A DNA stretch of 58,280 nucleotides from an uncultured Anaerolineales bacterium (GCA_964568065.1 CAZMOT010000003.1:1-58280); one strand, 5' to 3'. Shown: positions 26,552 through 35,829, counted from the first letter of the stretch. Notes: generated by a model from the sequence alone, not told the origin. Made by a program: numbers and translations.

Positions 26552-27313
26552 ATGACCATAACTATTGCCATTGGTAATCAGAAAGGTGGAGTGGCTAAGA
26601 CCACCACGTGCCTGTCTCTGGGAGCCTGTCTGGCCGAGATGGGACAAATTGTCCTACTGATTGACCTGGACCCCCAGACCAACCTCACCCTCTCGCTGGG
26701 ATTGAAGCCAGAGAAACTGCGCTACACGGTGGACGATGCCTTACTGGGGAATACTTCGCTGGTGAGCGTCAGTCGCGAGAGTGAGGCATTCGGTCTGGAT
26801 ATCATTCCTGCCAACCGGGGGCTGGCTGCCCTTGACAAAGTCCTTTATGGGCGACGGAACTATGAGTTTTTCTTAAGGCGTGGGCTGGATGCTATGGACG
26901 AGAACTTCTACGACGTTGTCCTGATTGACTGTCCGCCCTCCTTTGGCACGCTAACTCTCAATGCCTTGACCGCGGCAGACTTGCTCATTATCCCTGTCCA
27001 GTGTGAGTACTACGCCGTGCACTCGTTGCGTCGAACCATAGAACTGGCGAAACTGGTGCGCGAGAAAACCAACCCGCGGCTGGTCTACCGTTTGCTGGTG
27101 ACAATGTACGACCAGCGCAACAAGATCTGCCGGATCCTGCTCGACTATATGCGGCAAGGGCTGAACAAGGTTCTCTTCGAGACTATTATCGAGGTAGACA
27201 CCAAGTTGAAAGAGAGCCCAGTGTTTGGTCAGCCAATTACGCTTTACGCACCAGGGACCCGAGGTGCTCAACAGTACCGGGCACTTGCAAAGGAGTTAAT
27301 GAATCATGGATAA
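26552..27313 (+). CDS. ParA/Soj-family deviant Walker-A ATPase
   Basis: IAIGNQKGGVAKTTT, LLIDLDPQTNLT and VLIDCPPS motifs. GGAGGG RBS upstream of ATG 26552. Confidence 0.85.
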   Translation: MTITIAIGNQKGGVAKTTTCLSLGACLAEMGQIVLLIDLDPQTNLTLSLGLKPEKLRYTVDDALLGNTSLVSVSRESEAFGLDIIPANRGLAALDKVLYGRRNYEFFLRRGLDAMDENFYDVVLIDCPPSFGTLTLNALTAADLLIIPVQCEYYAVHSLRRTIELAKLVREKTNPRLVYRLLVTMYDQRNKICRILLDYMRQGLNKVLFETIIEVDTKLKESPVFGQPITLYAPGTRGAQQYRALAKELMNHG

Positions 27314-30300
27314 CGACAAGGAGATGAAAGTTCAACTTGAGGATCTATTTTCCGAGTTGGAAGACCCCATAGTAGCCAAGGAAGATATGCTCGTGTCTCT
27401 GAAAGGTCTGATAGAGGATGTCACTGAGCGCAAGCAGACCCAGAAACAACGGATCATCTTCCGCGCCCTGGTGGAGAACGGCATAGACGCTATCACTGTC
27501 AGCGACCTAGAAGGCTGCCAGACCTACAGCAACCGCGCCTGCTACGAGGTCTTTGGCTACGACCACGAAAACCAGGAGATGAATGACCTGTCGCTGGTCA
27601 ATCTCTGGCCCGCAGAGGACACTTTCACTTTTCCCGGTCAGGTGCTTCCTCAGGCCAAGGCCGGAAGCTGGAGCGGCGAAGTGCAGCTCAAGCGCAGAGG
27701 CGGCACCCTGTTCGATGCCTACCTGACTGCCTTCCCTGTGCTGGACAAGGCAGGTCAACCCATCAGCATAGCCATCATCATCCGCGACATCTCCGAGCGC
27801 AAGCGACTGGAGCGCGAACGCAATACAATGCACGAGAACCGCGCCCGTCAGGTGCGGCTCATCACCGAGGTAGCCCAGGAGATTGCTGCCGCCCCGGCTC
27901 TGGACGAGCTCTACCGCCGCGTCGTAACCTTGGTCAAAGAACGCTTCGGCTATTACCACGTTCAGCTCTATCGCTACGATCCCGAACTGGACGACATGGT
28001 GGTCGTAGAGAGCTACGTCCAGGCCGGGGGGGAGATGAGCGCTGCCAGCCACAGATCGTCCCACAATGGTAATAGAGGCATCGTCGTCACGGCATCGGCC
28101 ACCGGGCAGCCTGTCCTGGTCTCCGACGTATCCCAGAACCCCCACTGGGTGGCCCACCCCGACTTGCCCGATGTCAAAGGTGAGTTGGTCGTGCCCATCA
28201 AGTTGCGCGGCCAAGTGCTGGGTGTGCTGGACGTGCTGAGCGACACGGTCGGCACACTCACCCGTGAGGACGAAATCGTGCTCCTGGAGTTGGCCGGCCA
28301 AATCGCCAGTGCTATGGAGAAGACCCGCTTGCTCGAAGAAGCTAATATCCTCCGCCAGTTTGGCAAAGCCCCCGAAGGGATTGGCTGGATTACATTAGAA
28401 GGTAGCATTATCATCTACATCAACCCCACTCTCTGCAGCATCCTCGGTGAAGCCAAACCAGAAGACACCTTCGGCAGATCCATCATCTCCTACTACCCCA
28501 GAGAATTGCGGCAACGCGTACAAAATGAAATCCTGCCTACCGTCCTGCGAGAAGGTCAATGGATTGGTGAATTGGCATTCCTCTCAGCCCGGGGCAAAAT
28601 CACTTCTACCATTCAGAGCATCTTCCTTATCCGTGACGAAAATGGGAATCCACTCTATTTAGCCAACGTGGTAACCGACATTACCGAACAGAAGCAGGCT
28701 GAATTCCTCCTGAACAAGCGCGCCGAGCAGATCAACTGCCTGAACGAAATTGGCCGGAGGATAGATGAGACCCCGCAGGTACCCGAGTTCCTGCAATGGG
28801 TAGCGGAGCGCATCCCACCGGCCATGCAGTATCCGGACGTGTGTGTGGCTGCCGTTGAGTTCGAAGACACCGACCACAGCGGTCGGGCAGTCTACGGTGT
28901 AGCCAAGGCGGTGGAGATGCCGTGTCAGATCGTGGAGGGTCTGAGTATCGGCGGTGAGACGGTGGGCCAGATGTACCTCTCGTATACTCAGGCGCACGAC
29001 TTTCTCGACGAGGAGAGAGCACTGCTGGGTGACATCGCTAGACGGGTGAGCAACTACATCGAGAGTCGCCGCCTGTTAGAGCAGACCCGGGATGCGCTGA
29101 CCGAGGTGAAGACTACCCATCAGCATTACATGCCCGGCCAGTGGACCAGGCTCGCCCCCCAGCAGACATCTCCCGAATCTGCCCAGCCAGACACGCCCCC
29201 CCCCGGCGACGATGGGCTGCAGGCTCGTCCGCGGGGCAGCCGCGTGGGCGCAGCGCTGCGGAAAACGTGGCAACGTGTGATCACGGGGCTGTCCGCCCTG
29301 GTGATATTGTTCTTGCTGGGAACGCTGCTCACGTGGACGTTCGGTCTCCAGGTGCAGGCAGATCCTCCGGCGGCGCTGGCTGTGGCCCTACCCTTCAGCT
29401 CTCCTTCGCCAACGGTTGCGCTTTTTCCCCGCCTCACGACGACGCCCAGCCTCATCTATCGCCCGATCAGATCGCCCCCGCACGTTTCTACCCCCTCATC
29501 CCCCCCCAGCCTGGCGCCGACTCTCTCTTCTTCGCACGCCTCCTTCATTGTTCCAGAGCCGTTCCCTGCCATTGATCCGAACGTCCCTGCCACGGTCTCC
29601 ACTACACTTCCCATCCCCACCCCCGTCCCGCCTGTCCCGGTGGCCGCCGACGCCGTCAACATCGTCGTCCTGGGCAGCGACCGGCGACCGGACTGGTCGG
29701 AGTGGCACACCGACGCCGTCCACGTTGTCTCCATCCAGCGCGACCGGGGAGAGGTCTCCGTCATCTCCATCCCACGCGACGTATACCTCTACGTCCCTGG
29801 TTTCTGGATGAGTCGGATCAACTTCGCCGATTTCTACGGGGAGGCTTATGACTACGAGGGGGAAGGCCCGGCGCTGGTGCGGGACACGCTGCTCTATAAC
29901 CTGGGCATCCGGGTGGACTATTTCGTCCGCACCAACTTCGATGGCCTGATCGGCATCGTAGACACGTTGGGCGGAGTGGACATCCCGGTCCACTGTCGCC
30001 TCAGCGACTACTGGCCCTACCCAGACGAGAACGGGGAGTATCCCATCCTGACCATGGAGCCGGGAATACACCACCTGGACGGGGAGACCGCTCTCTGGTA
30101 CACTCGTTCGCGGATGACGACCAGCGTCTTCTCCCGCGACCGGCGCCAGCAGCAAGTCCTCCGGGCTATCTGGCACAAGGCACGGGATGCAGGGATGCTC
30201 TCTCAGGTTCCGGCCCTGTGGAGACAAGGGCGAGACATGGTGAAGACCGACCTGACGCTGACCGACATTCTGGATCTGGCACAGATAGCTTTCACGCTGG

Positions 30301-30752
30301 AAGATCAGAACGTGCGCTTCTACAACATCGGCGCGGACGAGGTGACCCCGTGGACGACACCCTACGGCGGTGGCGTCTTTCTCCCTCGCTGGGAGGACAT
30401 CAAGCCCATCTTGGCAGAGGCGATGGCCCCCATACCTGAGGCCCGTCTGAGCCGCACCTATATGCCAGTCGAGGTATGGAACGGAACATCCAATCCAGAC
30501 TGGGACCTGCTGGCGGCGGATCGGTTGTATCAAGCCGGGTTCCCGGCGGTGGCCGGTGAGCCGGAGCGGCGAGACTACGCCGAGACCCAGTTGATCGTCT
30601 TCAGCGAGCACATCAAGGGCACCGGGGTGGAGTACCTGCAGCAGACGTTCCAGATTCCGGACGACCAGGTGATCCACCAGCCACACGTATCCTCCGAGTT
30701 TGGATTCCGCCTGATCCTCGGGGCGGATTACCAGACCTGCCCTCAACCTTAA
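27306..30752 (+). CDS. PAS-GAF-PAS cytoplasmic sensor region fused through one TM segment and a Pro/Ser-rich linker to an LCP (LytR-CpsA-Psr) plus LytR_C ectodomain
   Basis: The start overlaps the parA stop by 8 nt. PAS-like segments (FRALVENGIDAITVSDLEG..., ...IIIRDISERK; GWITLEGSIIIYINPT...VVTDITEQK). GAF-like segment (YHVQLYRYD...GELVVPIKLRGQVLGVLDV). TM segment LSALVILFLLGTLLTWTF. LCP core NIVVLGSDRRP...VSVISIPRDVY. Confidence 0.82.
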   Translation: MDNDKEMKVQLEDLFSELEDPIVAKEDMLVSLKGLIEDVTERKQTQKQRIIFRALVENGIDAITVSDLEGCQTYSNRACYEVFGYDHENQEMNDLSLVNLWPAEDTFTFPGQVLPQAKAGSWSGEVQLKRRGGTLFDAYLTAFPVLDKAGQPISIAIIIRDISERKRLERERNTMHENRARQVRLITEVAQEIAAAPALDELYRRVVTLVKERFGYYHVQLYRYDPELDDMVVVESYVQAGGEMSAASHRSSHNGNRGIVVTASATGQPVLVSDVSQNPHWVAHPDLPDVKGELVVPIKLRGQVLGVLDVLSDTVGTLTREDEIVLLELAGQIASAMEKTRLLEEANILRQFGKAPEGIGWITLEGSIIIYINPTLCSILGEAKPEDTFGRSIISYYPRELRQRVQNEILPTVLREGQWIGELAFLSARGKITSTIQSIFLIRDENGNPLYLANVVTDITEQKQAEFLLNKRAEQINCLNEIGRRIDETPQVPEFLQWVAERIPPAMQYPDVCVAAVEFEDTDHSGRAVYGVAKAVEMPCQIVEGLSIGGETVGQMYLSYTQAHDFLDEERALLGDIARRVSNYIESRRLLEQTRDALTEVKTTHQHYMPGQWTRLAPQQTSPESAQPDTPPPGDDGLQARPRGSRVGAALRKTWQRVITGLSALVILFLLGTLLTWTFGLQVQADPPAALAVALPFSSPSPTVALFPRLTTTPSLIYRPIRSPPHVSTPSSPPSLAPTLSSSHASFIVPEPFPAIDPNVPATVSTTLPIPTPVPPVPVAADAVNIVVLGSDRRPDWSEWHTDAVHVVSIQRDRGEVSVISIPRDVYLYVPGFWMSRINFADFYGEAYDYEGEGPALVRDTLLYNLGIRVDYFVRTNFDGLIGIVDTLGGVDIPVHCRLSDYWPYPDENGEYPILTMEPGIHHLDGETALWYTRSRMTTSVFSRDRRQQQVLRAIWHKARDAGMLSQVPALWRQGRDMVKTDLTLTDILDLAQIAFTLEDQNVRFYNIGADEVTPWTTPYGGGVFLPRWEDIKPILAEAMAPIPEARLSRTYMPVEVWNGTSNPDWDLLAADRLYQAGFPAVAGEPERRDYAETQLIVFSEHIKGTGVEYLQQTFQIPDDQVIHQPHVSSEFGFRLILGADYQTCPQP

Positions 30753-30778
30753 CACTACAACCGCACTAACCCGCTTCT

Positions 30779-32248
30779 TTATTCCCGTGGCACGTAGTAC
30801 AGTATTCTGAAGTCAGTCGTGCCATGCACGACACCATCAATGTAGAGCGTCACGCTGTAATTCCCACCAGAAAGCACCCGGCCGAGTTCGTTGTGGTAGG
30901 CTACCCAGTGCGTGCCCTCCGCCCCATCGGTCCCCACGTCCCAGAAGTATTCCTCCTGCGCCACCTCCCGACCATAGCGCATCCACACCGCCGCCCACCT
31001 CAGCCCACCGCTCATCCCCACGTACTCGAAGATGCCGTAGACCACTTTGGTGTTCCAATCGAAGACGTTATCTGGCGCAGTGATGATCGGCGTGCCGTCG
31101 GGTTGTACACCCAGAGCGATGGTGGCGCCGCTAAAGGCAGGGGGCACCACTTCTTCCACTGCCGCCTTCCCAATCGTGAGCCCCACACGGGCCTGCTCTT
31201 CGCCCGCCACAGCCACTGCTACCTCGCAGTCGCCGGGGGAGAATGATTGGTCGCCTGGGGCCTGGAAACCGACCTGCATCCGCCCCTGGGGGGCACCGCT
31301 CCACACATCCGTGTTCTCCTGGATCGCCCTCCCCTCGTGGTAGAGCGTGTGTGAGACGTCCAACCCTGGACATAATCCCTCATATTCGTAACTCAGATAG
31401 ATCACCCGCACGCCGGCTTCAAACACATTTCCATCCGCTTCATCGGGCGCTTCCTCGGCCGGCTCAGGCACATCCGCCACCCGCAGGTTGAAAACGCGCT
31501 GGACTGTGTCCAGCACCTGAAACGAGCGCCCCCCCACCACTTGCTCGCCCACGTAGATGAGCAGGTCATACTGACCCGGTTCCACACCCTCCGAACCACT
31601 GACCAGGGTGCGTATGGTGGTGCGCTGAGTCTCCTTTCCCCACGGGGTCGCAGGCTGAGCATCCACGACTACGCCATCGCGTTGCATTTCCCAGCGCCAT
31701 TCCATCTCAGGCTCAATACCCTCCAGCGCGAACTCGGCGATGATTTCAGGGCTGCCCAGGCAGAAGGTATCGGTGGCCGTCTTCAACGCGCCGCTCGTGT
31801 TCAGCTCTGTGCCCACCACAGCGTAACTCAAGAGGGGCACCGGCATCGGCGTGGCCGTTTCCCTGGAACTCGTGTCTACTACGGATGTAAGTGCGAACAG
31901 GCCCACGGCGATGATGACCACCGCTGCCCCACCGACGAGCATCCAGACCAGAGGGAACGGTGGGCGGCGGGCAGGCTCTTCTGGCGGGGGTGCTCTCCTG
32001 GGGTCGAGCGGCTGCAGCATGGTGTCGGGGTAGACGCCCGTGTGATCGTAGACGACGTTGCCCCAGAAGCGCATCAGCGCCCGCAGTTGGCCGCGTTTGG
32101 CTGGGTTAGCAACGACGGTGCCAGCCTGCCTCAGGTCGGTGATCAGCGTGTTGGTCTCGTCCAGGAAGGCTTCATCTACCACACCACGTTTCAGTTGGCC
32201 TAGTTTCTCTTGGTGCCGTCGTTGAAAGGTATCCAAAAGGTCGCTCAT
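30779..32248 (-). CDS. Hypothetical single-pass membrane protein with three repeated beta-rich ectodomain modules
   Basis: Cytosolic N-terminal roughly 90 aa, then the TM segment FPLVWMLVGGAAVVIIAVGLFAL. Three modules of about 100 aa each end in a G.Y.V.LY..G..V....F.. pattern. The start shares an ATGA overlap with the upstream gene. Confidence 0.55.
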   Translation of the reverse strand: MSDLLDTFQRRHQEKLGQLKRGVVDEAFLDETNTLITDLRQAGTVVANPAKRGQLRALMRFWGNVVYDHTGVYPDTMLQPLDPRRAPPPEEPARRPPFPLVWMLVGGAAVVIIAVGLFALTSVVDTSSRETATPMPVPLLSYAVVGTELNTSGALKTATDTFCLGSPEIIAEFALEGIEPEMEWRWEMQRDGVVVDAQPATPWGKETQRTTIRTLVSGSEGVEPGQYDLLIYVGEQVVGGRSFQVLDTVQRVFNLRVADVPEPAEEAPDEADGNVFEAGVRVIYLSYEYEGLCPGLDVSHTLYHEGRAIQENTDVWSGAPQGRMQVGFQAPGDQSFSPGDCEVAVAVAGEEQARVGLTIGKAAVEEVVPPAFSGATIALGVQPDGTPIITAPDNVFDWNTKVVYGIFEYVGMSGGLRWAAVWMRYGREVAQEEYFWDVGTDGAEGTHWVAYHNELGRVLSGGNYSVTLYIDGVVHGTTDFRILYYVPRE

Positions 32249-32880
32249 AGCATCCCTCCCAGCAGGCGTGTGGACAACCGCTGCAGCTTGTCCATGACCG
32301 CCCGTAGTTTGCGATCGGTCAGGGCCAGGTGGCGATGACAGACGCTGTTGAACTCCTCGGCCAGTTCGAGCAAGCTCTCAGGGCTGGGATGTTCTTCCTT
32401 CAGTGCATTCTCTAACAACAGTTGCAGCGCGACGATTTCCACCACCCATCGCTCCCCGCGCAATTCACGCCCTTCCCGCCGGAATGGGCGGCCGATGTGC
32501 TCGATCTCCTCAGCAAAGTCCACCAGCATATCCACCCTATCCTGGCAGGGCCGCCAGTTCTGCAGCAATGCCTGGCGTTCGTCTGCACTAAAACCACCCT
32601 CCCCGAATGGGATAACCCGAGTATGGAACAGGGAGAAGGCGACCAGTACCTCGTGCAGCAGGTGATGCAATTCTTTCCAACCTGCCATCCGGGCCTGCAG
32701 AGCGGTGAGTTTCGCGATTACCTCGCATAGTTCAGCCTGTGCCTGTTCGTCGGTCGGCAGCGAGTGCTGGAGAGTTTCTCTTACCCTCTCGGCCATCCAC
32801 TCGATTTCTTCAACGTGAATTACGTCACCCATTCGCGCCTCGAAGTCGCCGCCTGTGGGTGTTGCTTCGGTATCGTCCAT
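32245..32880 (-). CDS. Hypothetical cytosolic alpha-helical protein
   Basis: 211-aa ORF with no recognisable motif. It appears translationally coupled on both sides. An alternative start is at 32832. Confidence 0.5.
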   Translation of the reverse strand: MDDTEATPTGGDFEARMGDVIHVEEIEWMAERVRETLQHSLPTDEQAQAELCEVIAKLTALQARMAGWKELHHLLHEVLVAFSLFHTRVIPFGEGGFSADERQALLQNWRPCQDRVDMLVDFAEEIEHIGRPFRREGRELRGERWVVEIVALQLLLENALKEEHPSPESLLELAEEFNSVCHRHLALTDRKLRAVMDKLQRLSTRLLGGML

Positions 32881-34336
32881 TACGTCTCCTCCTCGTCAAC
32901 ATGGTGTGGGTCTCGTAGCCATGGCCGGCCGAGCGTTCGACCGATGAATCGCTGTCAGAGCCGCCAGGCACAGTGCAGGTGCGTAGTAACGGGGGCCATA
33001 AGATGGGGTTAAAGCATACGAAAAGAGTGTAGGCGCATAGAGATGAGTATGGAAGGAGCCAGTCTGCTTTACGGCCACGTTTCCAGTAATAGGCTAACAC
33101 GGTTAGCACAAGAGCCGCCTGGATTGGTTTCAGGGCTTGCTCCCAACCGGCGTACCAGAACCATCCGGCGAAACTGATCACGAAAAGCTGCTGGTGACCG
33201 TGCACGACCCAGGCGCTACGTGCGACAATATTGAGGTCGTTGAGCCAGGTGAACGCTCCATAGAAAAAGTCCTGGAGAGCCCAAACGACAAACGGCACCA
33301 TAAGAGCCAGGAAAGGCGCAAGCGTCAACGCTCCTAGTTTCCACCATCGTTTCGGTGAGATGGCGCGAGCCAGGTGTAGGGCGACAAAAGGCGAGATGAC
33401 CAGGGTCAATGGGCTGGTGGCCAAGGCTATTCCCCATATCAACGTGGCTGCCCAAACTCGTCCGGCCGCAAGAAGCGTGAAGAGAAGCACGATCAGCATC
33501 CAGAAGATGAGATGCTCGGTGTAGATATCAAATATGACAACAGATGGAGAAAGGTAGATCAGCATAGCAATCAGAGTTCCAAGGGGCAGGGAGTTGTGGA
33601 CCCGATTGTGATGACTGAGGGCCAAGGCCCCCAGGACGACCAGTCCAGCCATGGCGTTGACTAGCCTTGGGTCCAACGCGGTGGCTACGGCGGGCAGGTA
33701 GGCCAGCCACGTGCCTGGCAGGTAAGACAAAGGTAAGGGCCAGGAATGAAGGTTGTACAAGCGGTAGGGACTCAGACCTGCCAGGAAAGACTTGTTGGCA
33801 GCCTCTATTAGAGGTAACATAGCAGCACTTTCTACTGCAATGGGGTTAAGCCAAAAGGCCACCAAGCGTAGCGCAAGACCCGCTACAGCGACTGAGAAAA
33901 GCGACTTCTTGAGTGAGAATGGCTGAAAGGCCGACCAAATCAGCATACCCGCACACCCAACAATGACCACGGCAAGCAACGCTTCGTGGGTTTCCCAACC
34001 ATTTGCAGCCAGCCGTCGTATCAGTGCCACCGACGTAACCCCGTAAAAAGACAGGCCTGCCACGTGAAAGAAAAGCGTTATCCATCTGTCATTGACGTAC
34101 TTGATCGCCCATTGCTGTAGCCTGCCCGGCGGTTCCCGATTGGTCGTGAACAGAATAAACAGAAAGACGACCGTAGTTACGGCATAGACGAGCGGCCACT
34201 TCAAATCAAGACCTGGATGACTGGTGCGGGAGCCACTGGGCCAATCGTTGGTCAGGTAGAGGATGCCGCTGGCGGCAAATAGGGCCAGATCGGACCACAA
34301 GATGTTTATCAGACGGTACGTGGCAGAGTGTTCCAT
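32825..34336 (-). CDS. Polytopic membrane protein, probable GT-C-type glycosyltransferase (DUF2029/GT87-like)
   Basis: About 12 predicted TM segments over 450 aa and a basic C-terminal tail. The family assignment rests on topology and overall resemblance only. Confidence 0.5.
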   Translation of the reverse strand: MEHSATYRLINILWSDLALFAASGILYLTNDWPSGSRTSHPGLDLKWPLVYAVTTVVFLFILFTTNREPPGRLQQWAIKYVNDRWITLFFHVAGLSFYGVTSVALIRRLAANGWETHEALLAVVIVGCAGMLIWSAFQPFSLKKSLFSVAVAGLALRLVAFWLNPIAVESAAMLPLIEAANKSFLAGLSPYRLYNLHSWPLPLSYLPGTWLAYLPAVATALDPRLVNAMAGLVVLGALALSHHNRVHNSLPLGTLIAMLIYLSPSVVIFDIYTEHLIFWMLIVLLFTLLAAGRVWAATLIWGIALATSPLTLVISPFVALHLARAISPKRWWKLGALTLAPFLALMVPFVVWALQDFFYGAFTWLNDLNIVARSAWVVHGHQQLFVISFAGWFWYAGWEQALKPIQAALVLTVLAYYWKRGRKADWLLPYSSLCAYTLFVCFNPILWPPLLRTCTVPGGSDSDSSVERSAGHGYETHTMLTRRRRNGRYRSNTHRRRLRGANG

Positions 34337-34398
34337 AGATATGCTTCGCAGGGCTATGTCTGGCTTGACAGACCTGATTATAGGCCAGACGCTCAGAC

Positions 34399-34427
34399 TT
34401 TACAAATCGGCTGAGTTGTTGTAAAAT
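34399..34427 (+). promoter_or_regulatory. rpsT promoter (TTTACA-N17-TAAAAT)
   Basis: -35 at 34399-34404 and -10 at 34422-34427, about 40 nt upstream of the rpsT start. Confidence 0.55.
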
Positions 34428-34465
34428 AGCGCCCGCTGTAATCTGTCAAGTGGAGGGATTAGGTA

Positions 34466-34738
34466 TTGGCCAATACAAAGTCAGCAATCAAGCGTCTCCG
34501 CAGTGCGGAGCGTAGACGCCAGCGCAACCAGATATATCGTGGACGGGCCCGCACTACCATCAAGAAGGCTCGACGTTTAATGGAGGAGGGTCGTCTTGAG
34601 GAGGCCCGCGAAGCCGTGAGCGTGGCGATCAGCGCGCTGGATAAAGCCGCTGAGAAGGGCATCATCCATAAGAATAACGCCGCCCGGCGCAAGTCGCGCC
34701 TGATGCGGCGGTTGAATCAGATCGAACGTGCCGCTTGA
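34466..34738 (+). CDS. rpsT: 30S ribosomal protein S20
   Basis: TTG start with a GGAGGG RBS at 34452-34457. MANTKSAIKRLRSAERRRQRNQ...AARRKSRL. Confidence 0.92.
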   Translation: MANTKSAIKRLRSAERRRQRNQIYRGRARTTIKKARRLMEEGRLEEAREAVSVAISALDKAAEKGIIHKNNAARRKSRLMRRLNQIERAA

Positions 34739-34769
34739 TGATGAGGAGGGCCGCGATTCAATCGTGAGA

Positions 34770-34804
34770 GCACTGTTGCCTTGTGCAATGGTGCTTTTGT
34801 TTTC
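34770..34804 (+). terminator. Intrinsic terminator of rpsT
   Basis: 10-bp stem (GCACUGUUGC/GCAAUGGUGC, including 2 G-U pairs), loop CUUGU, then UUUUGUUUUC. Confidence 0.7.
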
Positions 34805-34818
34805 TTGATATGCCTTAT

Positions 34819-34847
34819 TTGGAATCCAGCCACAAGTGGTGTACAAT
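34819..34847 (+). promoter_or_regulatory. Promoter of the gcvH-like gene (TTGGAA-N17-TACAAT)
   Basis: -35 at 34819-34824 and -10 at 34842-34847. GGTAGGAG RBS, ATG at 34867. Confidence 0.5.
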
Positions 34848-34866
34848 ATAGGTAGGAGATGCAACA

Positions 34867-35298
34867 ATGCAGATCAACGGCTTCGAGTTCCCCGACGACC
34901 TGTACTATGATAAACTTCACGATTGGGCTCGGGTGGAGGGGAACGTAGTTACTCAGGGCTTGACCGAATTTGGCCAAGCGATCGCTCAGGAGATCGTTTT
35001 CGTCGAAGCCCCCCGCACCGGTCGGGAGGTCGAGCAGGGGCAAACCTTCATGTCCATGGAGTCAGGCAAGTGGGTCGGCCGCATTGCTGCTTTGGTCAGC
35101 GGCAAGGTCGCTGAGGTCAACGAGGAGCTAGAGTGGGAGCCCTCGCTGGTCAACGAGTCCCCCTACAAGGAGGGCTGGCTGGTCAAGATCGAGTTATCTG
35201 ATCTCTCCGAACTGGACAACCTGATGCAGGCCGATTCCCCAGAGCTGAAGGCCCTCATTGAGGAGGAAACGGAGAAGTACAAGGAAATCCTGGGTTAG
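34867..35298 (+). CDS. gcvH: Glycine-cleavage H-protein-like lipoyl carrier protein (GcvH/LbpA-like)
   Basis: HDWARVEGNVVTQGLTEFGQ..., a lipoyl-lysine region SMESGKWVG, and SPYKEGWLVKIE. No gcvT or gcvP lies nearby, so a role outside glycine cleavage is possible. Confidence 0.75.
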   Translation: MQINGFEFPDDLYYDKLHDWARVEGNVVTQGLTEFGQAIAQEIVFVEAPRTGREVEQGQTFMSMESGKWVGRIAALVSGKVAEVNEELEWEPSLVNESPYKEGWLVKIELSDLSELDNLMQADSPELKALIEEETEKYKEILG

Positions 35299-35484
35299 CA
35301 AGGTGCCTACCCGGAACCTGATTTTGATCCTCATATGCTGCCAAAACGGGCTCCGTGATGGATATAGCAGGCGCGGAACGCGATATCTGCCTTGTGGCAG
35401 GGCCTGGCAAGTGTGTAAGAAACATAGCAAATCGTCTGGAGAAACTTGCTCGACCCTATCGGCAGCGCAGGGGAAGGGCTGGAG

Positions 35485-35829
35485 ATGAAACTGGAGGAAC
35501 TGAGCTCTCAACTCTCATTGGAAGCGCGAACGGCGGCGGGGAAACTGGATACGGAAGTTACAGGCGGTTACGCTGCCGATCTGCTGAGTTGTGTGATGGC
35601 CCAAGCGCAGGCGGGCAACGTGTGGGTTACTCTGCAGGGGCATCCCAATATTGTGGCCGTGGCCAGCCTGCTCGGTCTGGCCGGCATCATCATTACCGAG
35701 GGAATGACTCCTGATGCCACTACCATAGAGAGGGCAGAGGAGGAAGGCATCCCCATTCTGACCACACAACTCACAACGTACACCGTCGTCGGCCGGTTGT
35801 TTGAGCTGGGTGTGCCAGGAGTGGATTAG
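35485..35829 (+). CDS. DRTGG-domain protein
   Basis: EVTGGYAADLLSCVM...VWVTLQGHPNIVAVASLLGLAGIIITEG...AEEEGIPILTT. GGAG upstream of ATG 35485. Confidence 0.7.
   Translation: MKLEELSSQLSLEARTAAGKLDTEVTGGYAADLLSCVMAQAQAGNVWVTLQGHPNIVAVASLLGLAGIIITEGMTPDATTIERAEEEGIPILTTQLTTYTVVGRLFELGVPGVD

Noticed and set aside
29496-30755. 419-aa minus-strand ORF (and its counterpart at 19746-20300)
   Set aside because: It is antisense to the conserved LCP ectodomain coding region. It occurs in both duplicated copies simply because the sense strand is conserved.
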